Assembly (NCBI GenBank): GCA_014860625.1
Contig: JACZJJ010000161.1
Location: 7,120-71,119, forward strand
Origin: Bacteroidales bacterium
GTDB lineage: Bacteria; Bacteroidota; Bacteroidia; Bacteroidales; FEN-979
Direction of reading: 5' to 3'
DNA: 64,000 bases
Shown piece after piece: positions 56,234 through 64,000 of the stretch. The notes below the pieces were generated by a model, which worked only from the letters and a program-made list of their open reading frames with translations, ran no database searches and was not told the origin of the DNA. The translations under genes and the position numbers were made by a program. Within the stretch, counting starts at the first letter, position 1. Each line of letters starts with the position of its first letter.

Positions 56234-59116
56234 TTACAGTTTGTCTATTTCCGAATGCAACTTTTCAGAGACAGGCTGATATGAAACTATGATCTCCTGA
56301 ATCAATCCTTCGATCCTGGTATGATCTTGCCCATCCTGGCATAACTCTTCAAGCTCAATCAATTGCTGATAGATTTGGGTAAGTCCCATCATGGAGAAGG
56401 AGGGTTTAATCCGGTGGATGGTCTGGGCTAGATCCTCGTATTGATTTTTCCTGTTATCCAATTCGAATGAAGCCAGAGCTTCATCCGCATACTCAAGGAA
56501 CGTGCCGATCGATTGCCTGATAAAATCCGGGTCATCTCCGGCGATCTCCCGGAGTTGTGAAAGATCGACTACTTCCTCCTCTCTAACAGGAACAGAAGGT
56601 GGAGGCTCCTTCACCTCGGATGATTTGATATTCAGGTTAAGAGCTTTTGAAATGACGGCTTTCAGCTCGTAGGGTTTATACGGTTTGGAGAGGTAGTCAT
56701 TCATCCCATACTGCAGGTATTTCTCTTTATCACCCTTGATTGCATGTGCCGTAAGTGCAACGATGGGTATATCTGATTTTGGCGAGGGGAGGTTATTCCG
56801 GATATATTGCGTCGCCTCAACACCATCCATAACCGGCATCTGGACGTCCATCAGAATCAGATGGTAGTTGTTTTCTTTCAGTTTTGCAACCGCCTCTTCC
56901 CCGTTTCCTGCAATATCCACATCACAATTCAGTGGAGTGAGTAACTCGCTGATGATCATGGCGTTGAATTTATTATCTTCCGCCACAAGGATTCGCAGGT
57001 TAGCCATCCCTTGTTCCAGTCCAGATGCCAGTTTACTCCTCAATGTCTCCGGGAGGTCGTCAGTCGTTCCTTTGGAAAATGTGAGCGTAAAGGAGAAAAT
57101 AGATCCCATATTCATTTGGCTCTCCACCCGCAATTCCCCTCCCATCAGTTCAACCAACTGTTTGCTGATGGATAAACCCAGTCCGGTTCCTCCGTATTTT
57201 CGCGTAGTACTGGTATCAACCTGTTCAAACCCCTGGAAAATGGACTCCAATTTATCATTTGGGATACCAATGCCAGTGTCTTTCACGTCGAAACGAATGG
57301 TGATCCCGGAATCCAACTCCTTTTCAGGCGAGGCGATAAGCATCACGCTGCCTTTTTCTGTGAATTTGATGGCATTGCTGGTGAGGTTGTAAAGGACTTG
57401 ACTGAGCCTAACCGGATCACCTCTGACAATAAGATCCCTCGAATCATCGGCGCAGGCATAATTGAACGTGATGTTCTTCTTTTCAGCAAGATAAGTTCCA
57501 GTCTCAACGACAGAAGAAATGATATCCCTGAGGCGAAAACCGGTTGTTTCAAATTCAAGTTTCCCCGATTCAATTTTGGAGATATCGAGGAGGTCATTCA
57601 AAAGGTATAACAGATTTTCGGATGTATTTTCAATGATGTTGACAAACTCGAGTTGTCGTTTATTCAATTCGGTTCGTTTTAAGACCTCAAGCATACCGAT
57701 GATGATGTTCATCGGAGTTCTGAGTTCGTGGCTGGTGTTTGCCAGGAACATCTCTTTCACTTTTTCCGACTCCTCTGCTTTTTCTTTGGCAGCCTGAAGT
57801 GTGATTAGCATCGAATCTTTTTCGGTACGGGCAATATCCGATTCAATGGCTCGTCCAATCATCTGCGCCATGATCTCAAGAAATTCAGCCTCAATCGTAA
57901 ACTGGGTCTCTTTTTTTGCCTCTTCCGAAGAAAAATTCAGTGTTCCATAGAGCTTATCGTTGACAAAGACGGGTGTTCCAATATAGGATTCCAGTTTCAT
58001 CTCCTTGTAAACAGGGTGGTCTTTCAGTTTATCGATGGTGCCAACCATTGAGTAAAAAATGGTTTTCTTCTCTTTTACAACGGCATCACAATAGGTGCTC
58101 TCCAATTTGAATTTCATCCCTGTCCTGAGATCCGTGATCGGAGAGACCACGCCCTTGATTGTGTATTCATCACCATGAATGCTACTCAGGATGCCATGTG
58201 AGAGCTGGAACATCTCAATCCCGGTACACAATAAATCTTCTGTCAGTTGCTGCAGACCGGAATTGTTTGCAAACAATTTGTTAAGGGTGAGAAGATAACG
58301 TGTATAATGTCGCAATTCCTGATTGTTGCGCTCCTCTTTTTTGCGGGCTTCAGTGATTTCCGTAATGTCAGACTGGATAGCAATAAACCGCTCCACGTTT
58401 CCTTCTACATCAAGTATTGGGGTAATATAGAGAGAATTCCAATAGGGTTCTCCCGCTTTTGTATAGTTGAGGATGGTTTCGGTGAACGACTCCTTTTGCT
58501 GCAACATGCTTCTGATACGATCCCTCGTTTCAGGATTTGTTTCCTTTCCATGAAGAAATTTCCCGGGATGTTCCCCTTCAACCTCTTTGAGTGTATATCC
58601 GGTAAGCCTGGTGAACCCTTCGTTAACCCATTCGATGCGCTTGTTCTTATCTGTAATCACCACTCCGTTGCTCGTCTTGCTGGCAACCAACGAAAGTTTT
58701 TGCAACTCTTTTTCATAGGTACTCAATCTGGAATAGTCCTTGATGAATACCGTCAGATAGTAGTGATCATCGACCGTATAATGTGAAAAGGTAAGGAAAA
58801 CTTTGAACTTTTTGCCTGATTTGTCAATAGCCTCTACTTCTCTGCCATAGCCAACAGGTTGTTTCTCAAGGATTTTCAAAAACCGGGATAGATAATCCTC
58901 TCCCCGGCTCAGGAAAGTATCCATCAATACGGCGGCATTTTTCCCGATCAGCTCATTTTCCGAATACCCAAACAGAGCTTGTGCAGCCCTGTTATAGTAA
59001 GTTATTTCTCCATCCTGATCAACGGTAATAACGGCATCCAGGGAATTATCCAGAATCACTTTGAAATGATTGCTTTCCGAGAAGAGCAGCTGATTCAGAA
59101 TCTCGTTGTGTTTCAT
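56234..59116 (-). CDS. Hybrid sensor histidine kinase (PAS-PAS-GAF-HisKA-HATPase-REC-Hpt)
   Basis: 960 aa with no obvious TM helix. H-box SHELRTPMN, G2 box GGTGLGLSIS, receiver LILMDVQMPVMDG...K and a C-terminal Hpt domain (HRIKPSFSMMG). Confidence 0.9.
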   Translation of the reverse strand: MKHNEILNQLLFSESNHFKVILDNSLDAVITVDQDGEITYYNRAAQALFGYSENELIGKNAAVLMDTFLSRGEDYLSRFLKILEKQPVGYGREVEAIDKSGKKFKVFLTFSHYTVDDHYYLTVFIKDYSRLSTYEKELQKLSLVASKTSNGVVITDKNKRIEWVNEGFTRLTGYTLKEVEGEHPGKFLHGKETNPETRDRIRSMLQQKESFTETILNYTKAGEPYWNSLYITPILDVEGNVERFIAIQSDITEITEARKKEERNNQELRHYTRYLLTLNKLFANNSGLQQLTEDLLCTGIEMFQLSHGILSSIHGDEYTIKGVVSPITDLRTGMKFKLESTYCDAVVKEKKTIFYSMVGTIDKLKDHPVYKEMKLESYIGTPVFVNDKLYGTLNFSSEEAKKETQFTIEAEFLEIMAQMIGRAIESDIARTEKDSMLITLQAAKEKAEESEKVKEMFLANTSHELRTPMNIIIGMLEVLKRTELNKRQLEFVNIIENTSENLLYLLNDLLDISKIESGKLEFETTGFRLRDIISSVVETGTYLAEKKNITFNYACADDSRDLIVRGDPVRLSQVLYNLTSNAIKFTEKGSVMLIASPEKELDSGITIRFDVKDTGIGIPNDKLESIFQGFEQVDTSTTRKYGGTGLGLSISKQLVELMGGELRVESQMNMGSIFSFTLTFSKGTTDDLPETLRSKLASGLEQGMANLRILVAEDNKFNAMIISELLTPLNCDVDIAGNGEEAVAKLKENNYHLILMDVQMPVMDGVEATQYIRNNLPSPKSDIPIVALTAHAIKGDKEKYLQYGMNDYLSKPYKPYELKAVISKALNLNIKSSEVKEPPPSVPVREEEVVDLSQLREIAGDDPDFIRQSIGTFLEYADEALASFELDNRKNQYEDLAQTIHRIKPSFSMMGLTQIYQQLIELEELCQDGQDHTRIEGLIQEIIVSYQPVSEKLHSEIDKL

Positions 59117-59209
59117 GGCGGATTTGGAGGAATGGTTAAAAAGACCCTTCTGAAGGAATATATGGTCAAAGATAATCCTTTATTCTTTTTGAATATAAAT
59201 AATATTTCA

Positions 59210-59217
59210 TAGATTTG
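59210..59217 (+). promoter_or_regulatory. Candidate -7 promoter box (TAGATTTG), with -33 TTTG at 59188-59191, for the REC-Hpt-REC operon
   Basis: TAnnTTTG plus an upstream TTTG with an 18-nt spacer, 36 nt upstream of the ATG at 59254. Confidence 0.45.
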
Positions 59218-59253
59218 TCATGATAACCACCAACATACCTTACATATCTTTTC

Positions 59254-60390
59254 ATGGCTGAAGGAACACAAGACGTTGCAAATATCCTGATTGTTGAAGA
59301 CTCTGCTTTTCATGTCCTGATGTTACGGAAGATGCTGAAGGATTTGCAGGTTACGTTCGTGGAGGCGGCGAATGGAGCTGATGCACTGGCGCATTTTAAG
59401 GAACATGCGTTTGATCTAATTCTAATGGATGTTGAGATGCCTGTGATGGATGGGTTAACAGCCAGCCGAAAAATTAGGGAAGAGTTGGAACAGGGCAGAT
59501 CCAGGGTTCCAATTATTGCGATGACCGGGCATCTTCATTCTGACAAACACAAAGAGATCCTTCAGGCGGGGATGAATGATTACATTATCAAACCCTTTAC
59601 CCGTGAGGTCCTCAGGAATAAGATCATGACCTATCTTACGGCTTCAACGCCAAAGGAACCTGCCAGTCCGGAATCAGTACCTGCATTATACAATCTCTCA
59701 AACCTGAAGGAATTTACTCGGGATAATGAAGGAATGTTGACTCAGCTAATCCGCTATTTCATTACGAATACGCCGCTTGTCCTGGAGGAAATGGACAATG
59801 CCTTCACAAGTTCGAACTGGGATGAAATGGCCAGAATAACACATAAATTCATTTCCGAAGTCTCTTTTCTCGGAATCAAATTGCTGGAAAACAGAATATC
59901 AGATCTGGAAGCCCTCGCGATCAAGAATGCGGACCCGGGCCAGGTCGAACCAGTGATTCAGGAGATCAACCTAATTTGTCATCAGGTTATTCACCAGTTG
60001 AACCGGGATTTTCCGGCCAAAGAGAGTGGGAAAACAAGGATTTTACTGTGCGAAGATGATTTTATGTTATCCAAAACCATTGAATATAAACTGAAACTCG
60101 ATGGTTATGAGGTGCTTACTGCCGAAAATGGGAAAGATGGTATTAGTATCCTGACATCCGAACGGATCGACCTGATTGTCACGGATATGCTGATGCCTTA
60201 CATGAGTGGACTGGAGTTGATCGTTCACGTTCGTGAAAAGTTGAAGCTATCAGTGCCTATATTGGTTCTTTCCCGGGTGGGATTGGAGAAGACCGTTATC
60301 GAAGCATTCGAACTGGGTGCTGATGATTACATTGTGAAGCCTTTCAGCCCCATGGAACTTGGTGCAAGAGTAAAAAAAATATTGAAATAA
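59254..60390 (+). CDS. Response regulator with REC-Hpt-REC architecture (no output domain)
   Basis: 378 aa. First receiver (ILIVEDS...DLILMDVEMPVMDG...IIKP), a central Hpt-like helix bundle (ITHKFISEVSFLG) and a second receiver (ILLCEDD...DLIVTDMLMPYMSG...IVKP). Confidence 0.8.
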   Translation: MAEGTQDVANILIVEDSAFHVLMLRKMLKDLQVTFVEAANGADALAHFKEHAFDLILMDVEMPVMDGLTASRKIREELEQGRSRVPIIAMTGHLHSDKHKEILQAGMNDYIIKPFTREVLRNKIMTYLTASTPKEPASPESVPALYNLSNLKEFTRDNEGMLTQLIRYFITNTPLVLEEMDNAFTSSNWDEMARITHKFISEVSFLGIKLLENRISDLEALAIKNADPGQVEPVIQEINLICHQVIHQLNRDFPAKESGKTRILLCEDDFMLSKTIEYKLKLDGYEVLTAENGKDGISILTSERIDLIVTDMLMPYMSGLELIVHVREKLKLSVPILVLSRVGLEKTVIEAFELGADDYIVKPFSPMELGARVKKILK

Positions 60391-60400
60391 CCGGACAAAG

Positions 60401-61684
60401 ATGATGCGGAAAACCATGATTACAGTTGGTCTGCTATGGATAGGACTGGCAACGGTGAAAGCGCAATCAGATACGAGGTTTAATGCCGATTCACTTTTTT
60501 CTCTGGCCCGCGCCAAAGCTTCCGATAAAAACTACGTAGAAACCAGGGCATTATGCAGGCAAATCCTGAATAACGATTCACTCTATTTTGACGCTCGGGT
60601 GTTGCTGGGAAGGGCGTACGCCTGGGAAAAGGATTATGATTCAGCCCGGATGGAATTTCATGCCGTTCTTGTGTCCCGGAAAACATACTGGGATGCACTG
60701 GATGGTATGATTGACCTGGAAAATTGGTCGGGAAATCCGGGAGAGGCTATGGTTTGGGCCTCCCAGGCTGTCACGTACTTCCCAAACGACGAGTTTTTTC
60801 TGTACAAACGGGCATCCCTGTATAAGGCGCAGGGAGATGAAAAAGCTGCCAGCCACGACCTCTTCCGTATCTTACAGCTTGATCCGGCCAACGACAGGGC
60901 CCTCGCGATGGTCAAAGAGATCAGGCGAGCACGGATACTCAACAAACTATCCGTAGAATACACGTTCGACTATTTTGAGAAGCCCTGGGTGAAACGATGG
61001 CACCTGATAGGCTTATCCTACTTTCGGACCACCAAAATTGGAATCATTGGCGCCCGCATCAACGTTGGTGATGTTGTGATGTTTAACGAAACACTGTGGC
61101 AAAAGAATGCCGGACTTCAGTTCGAAATAGAGGCCTATCCAAGAATCCTTGATGGAAGCTATCTTTATATGGCTTACGCATTCTCTCCTGATTCAATTTT
61201 TCCGCATCACCGGGCCGGCCTCGAATGGTACCAGCGCCTTCCAAAAGGCTGGGAGGCTTCTTTGGGAGGCAGGTATATGCAATTCGTTGCAGATACCAAT
61301 AACCCGGATGGGTTTTTTACCATTACGGCCTCTGCAGGGTATTACTTCCACAGTTTTTGGATCTCATTCCGCCCTTACTTAACCTTTCAGAAGGCGGGCA
61401 TTTCGCAGTCCTATAACCTGGAGTTCAGAAGTTATTTGGTTGGCACCGAGAACTTTATCTCTGTCCTTGCAGGATATGGAAACTCGGTTGACGATCCGAA
61501 AAATTACCTTGAAGGAGCAAATATATACGATCTGGCCAGTTACAGGATTCGTTTGTGGTACCGCCAGATGGTTCTTGGAAGGTTACAGTTGGAACCCTTC
61601 GTGCAGTACCAATATGAGGAATACAAAACTTCTTCCTATCGGAATAGCTGGTCCTTCGGACTTAACCTGCATCTTTTTTTCTAA
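60401..61684 (+). CDS. Outer-membrane protein: N-terminal TPR region + C-terminal YaiO-like beta-barrel
   Basis: 427 aa with a signal peptide (GLATVKAQ). The first ~170 aa are TPR units. The last ~250 aa have an alternating beta-strand pattern ending ...SWSFGLNLHLFF (aromatic beta-signal). The YaiO family assignment is from memory of TIGR04390-type architectures and has not been searched. Confidence 0.6.
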   Translation: MMRKTMITVGLLWIGLATVKAQSDTRFNADSLFSLARAKASDKNYVETRALCRQILNNDSLYFDARVLLGRAYAWEKDYDSARMEFHAVLVSRKTYWDALDGMIDLENWSGNPGEAMVWASQAVTYFPNDEFFLYKRASLYKAQGDEKAASHDLFRILQLDPANDRALAMVKEIRRARILNKLSVEYTFDYFEKPWVKRWHLIGLSYFRTTKIGIIGARINVGDVVMFNETLWQKNAGLQFEIEAYPRILDGSYLYMAYAFSPDSIFPHHRAGLEWYQRLPKGWEASLGGRYMQFVADTNNPDGFFTITASAGYYFHSFWISFRPYLTFQKAGISQSYNLEFRSYLVGTENFISVLAGYGNSVDDPKNYLEGANIYDLASYRIRLWYRQMVLGRLQLEPFVQYQYEEYKTSSYRNSWSFGLNLHLFF

Positions 61685-61704
61685 TTCACGGATTCAATTA
61701 TTGA

Positions 61705-63075
61705 GTGAACACTTACCGGCATATCACCAAACGATCTTCTTCTTATATCCTGAGGATATTTTTTATTTTGCTGTTTTCGATCCATGCAACACTCTGCTGT
61801 TGGGCTCTTCCTTCCCCACTGCCAGGAATGGATAATCCCGATACGATTGCTGCACATCAGCCGGAGCCCGTGCTATTCCCCCAACAGAAAATCCGTTCAA
61901 TGATCCCTGAATGGAGGCAACTTGGAATCCTCCAGTCATCTGTAACTGGTTGGTTCGATAAAACGATCAGGGCCAATGCTTCCGCCAAGATTGCTCCCTA
62001 CTTTCTTTTTATCAACAGACTTGGAGAAAAAAGCATTTTTCTCTTCATTCTAATTATATTGGTCCAGTACCTGTCAGTTCTTTTCCTGATCGTCTTTTTC
62101 TATCTGATTGTATCTAAATTCAGGGGGAATTATCTTGACCGAAAGCGCCAACGGCTTGAAAAAGTTTATCATACATCCATTGCCGAGTATCTGTTTCAGG
62201 AGGAGGGAGGGGGCATCCAAGGATTTCTTATCCAACAACGGTCCCGATTCAGAAAGAATATCCTGGTAAAGGTCATAAGTAAACTCAATGAAGACCTGGA
62301 GGGAGAGACAGCGATTAAATTAAGGAAACTCTACACTGGTTTAAATCTTGATCGGTTCTCTCTCAAAAAGTTGCACCGTCGTCCATGGAATATAAAAATA
62401 GCTGGGATCCGTGAACTGGCTTCTATGGATATTGGAGAGGCAGCAAATGAGATCCGTCGGTATATCAACCATCCAAATGATGATCTCAGGTCAGAGACCC
62501 AGATTGCATTGGTCAGGCTGGAAAAAGAGGATCCTTTCCGGTTTCTGGATACACTCGAAACCTATTTTACTGATTGGGAGCAATTGACTGTCTATTATCA
62601 GGCAGAACGCGTAAATATTGAGATGCCCTCTTTCCGACGCTGGCTAACATCGTCAAACCCGGCAGTAGTTCGATTTTCACTGATGATGATCTTCATCAAC
62701 CGCCAGCTGGATGCTGCTCCAGAATTACCTGGTTTGTACCGGCACCGGGATCCGGAGGTGCGGCGACTGGCATACAAAATCACAGGAGAACTCCTGCAGG
62801 TAGATCAGGCCAGTGCGTTGAGACAGATCTATCCGAAGGAAACGGAGAAGAACAAGCTTGAAATTCTTCGAGCCTTGAAGAACATTCCGGATGATTCTCT
62901 GCTGGAGTTTTGCAAACAAATATTTCTCAAACACCCTCCCTACGCGTTACGCTTAGAAGTTTCCCGGGCACTAATGGGATTAGGGGAACCCGGGATCAGG
63001 GAGCTGAAAGACATCACAGATGGACAATTTCTGAAAGATCCTATTTACAGACACCTTTTGGACAAGAGAATATAG
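61705..63075 (+). CDS. Membrane-anchored HEAT/ARM-like repeat protein
   Basis: The track start is a GTG at 61705, with an alternative ATG at 61828. There is a strong TM helix (IFLFILIILVQYLSVLFLIVFFYLIV). HEAT-like repeats follow (IAGIRELASMD...EIRRYINHPNDDLRSETQIALVRL; SSNPAVVRFSL; HRDPEVRRLAYKITGEL). Confidence 0.5.
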   Translation: MNTYRHITKRSSSYILRIFFILLFSIHATLCCWALPSPLPGMDNPDTIAAHQPEPVLFPQQKIRSMIPEWRQLGILQSSVTGWFDKTIRANASAKIAPYFLFINRLGEKSIFLFILIILVQYLSVLFLIVFFYLIVSKFRGNYLDRKRQRLEKVYHTSIAEYLFQEEGGGIQGFLIQQRSRFRKNILVKVISKLNEDLEGETAIKLRKLYTGLNLDRFSLKKLHRRPWNIKIAGIRELASMDIGEAANEIRRYINHPNDDLRSETQIALVRLEKEDPFRFLDTLETYFTDWEQLTVYYQAERVNIEMPSFRRWLTSSNPAVVRFSLMMIFINRQLDAAPELPGLYRHRDPEVRRLAYKITGELLQVDQASALRQIYPKETEKNKLEILRALKNIPDDSLLEFCKQIFLKHPPYALRLEVSRALMGLGEPGIRELKDITDGQFLKDPIYRHLLDKRI

Positions 63076-63077
63076 CA

Positions 63078-64000
63078 ATGTATGAAACCGTAAGTATCGG
63101 AAAAATTGTGATCGAAACCATCATACTTATCTATGCTGTAAGTATCATGCTTTCCTATGGCCTTCTTTCTGTAATTTCAGCATTCTACCTCAGGAGGTAC
63201 ATGAAAAGGCAATCCTATACTGATTACAATCAGATTATCTCTTCGCCTTTTGCTCCCTCCATCTCAATGATTGCACCTGCCTTCAATGAAGAGATCTCTA
63301 TTGTAGAGAATATCCGGTCGCTGATGTCGCTGTTTTATCATGATTTTGAAGTCATCATTGTCAATGACGGGAGTAAAGATACCACGTTGGAGACCGTTAT
63401 CAAAGCATACGATCTGGAGCCTGTGGATTTTGCAGTTCCGAACTACCTCCCCTCCAAGAAGATCAGGAATGTCTATAAATCCAGAAACAGATCATTCCGA
63501 AATCTGATGGTGGTTGACAAGGAAAACGGGGGGAAGGCCGATGCCCTGAACGCCGGCATCAACGTATCAACCAAAAACTATTTTATCGCTATTGATGTCG
63601 ACAGCGTGATTGAATCAGATTCACTGCTTCGGCTGGCAAAACCTTTTCTGGAAGAGAAGGATAATCGGGTCATTGCAGTTGGAGGAAGTATTCGTGTTGC
63701 AAACTCCTGCATTCTCGAAGATGGGCAGATTAAAGCGGTGAAGGTGCCTAGAAATTTTTGGGCACGGTTTCAGGTGATTGAATACACCAGGGCATTTCTG
63801 ATGGGGCGTATCGCATGGAGTGAACTGGATGGATTATTGATTATCTCAGGAGCGCTGGGTTTATTCGATAAAGAGATTGCCATCAAATGCGGTGGATATT
63901 ATGCAGATACTGTTGGAGAGGATATGGAGCTTGTTGTACGCATGCGGCGGTATATGTCGGAGAAACGGCAACCATATCGGGTACGTTCAATTCCCGACTC
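63078..64000 (+). CDS. Processive family-2 glycosyltransferase (PgaC/IcaA/YaiP-like polysaccharide synthase), truncated by the window end
   Basis: Absent from the ORF track because there is no stop in the window. Hand translation from the ATG at 63078 gives MYETVSIGKIVIETIILIYAVSIMLSYGLLSVISAFYLRRYM (TM helix). It continues through SISMIAPAFNEE, FEVIIVNDGSKD, KENGGKADALNAG, AIDVDS (DxD), ISGALGLF and GEDMELVVRM. Confidence 0.8.
   Translation, partial: MYETVSIGKIVIETIILIYAVSIMLSYGLLSVISAFYLRRYMKRQSYTDYNQIISSPFAPSISMIAPAFNEEISIVENIRSLMSLFYHDFEVIIVNDGSKDTTLETVIKAYDLEPVDFAVPNYLPSKKIRNVYKSRNRSFRNLMVVDKENGGKADALNAGINVSTKNYFIAIDVDSVIESDSLLRLAKPFLEEKDNRVIAVGGSIRVANSCILEDGQIKAVKVPRNFWARFQVIEYTRAFLMGRIAWSELDGLLIISGALGLFDKEIAIKCGGYYADTVGEDMELVVRMRRYMSEKRQPYRVRSIPD

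Noticed and set aside
56234-59116. The hybrid kinase as the PUL regulator (HTCS) of the adjacent SusCD locus.
   Set aside because: It lacks the periplasmic sensor domain, TM helices and C-terminal AraC-type HTH that define HTCS proteins. It has cytoplasmic PAS/GAF modules and an Hpt, and it shares a divergent promoter region with the REC-Hpt-REC operon instead.

Overview
The window reads as a contiguous chromosomal segment of a Bacteroidota bacterium. The evidence is SusC/SusD genes, three proteins with T9SS type-A C-terminal sorting domains and one with a type-B domain, a short 287-aa RpoD, and TAnnTTTG -7 promoter boxes. A HydG maturase suggests an anaerobe.

Bases 1-43,000 are mostly housekeeping genes: arcC, hydG, ligA, rpe, rpoD, pnp, rpsO, aroE, glmM, recR, clpB, nth, recA, pgm, rfbD, UDP-xylose synthase, ugd and dinB. 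Interspersed with these are an ECF sigma / anti-sigma / DUF4097 / DUF2807 envelope module and an S24-repressor/dinB pair.

Bases 43,000-64,000 are accessory. They hold a SusC/SusD locus whose enzymes are two tandem PNGase-F-like paralogs and one clan-GH-A-like protein, all with T9SS sorting domains. Next comes a hybrid histidine kinase, divergent from an operon encoding REC-Hpt-REC, a TPR + YaiO-like beta-barrel, a HEAT-repeat membrane protein and a processive GT2 synthase (truncated by the window end). I read that operon as an uncharacterised synthase-dependent exopolysaccharide system under phosphorelay control.

The most unusual non-coding signal is that many intergenic spacers consist almost entirely of 7-8 nt tandem-repeat arrays from a few recurring unit families. 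These arrays often run through the stop codons of the flanking genes.

I found no rRNA, tRNA, CRISPR array, integrase or transposase. CDS coordinates follow the ORF track, with starts corrected where noted. Coordinates I derived by hand (repeats, promoters) may be off by 1-2 nt.
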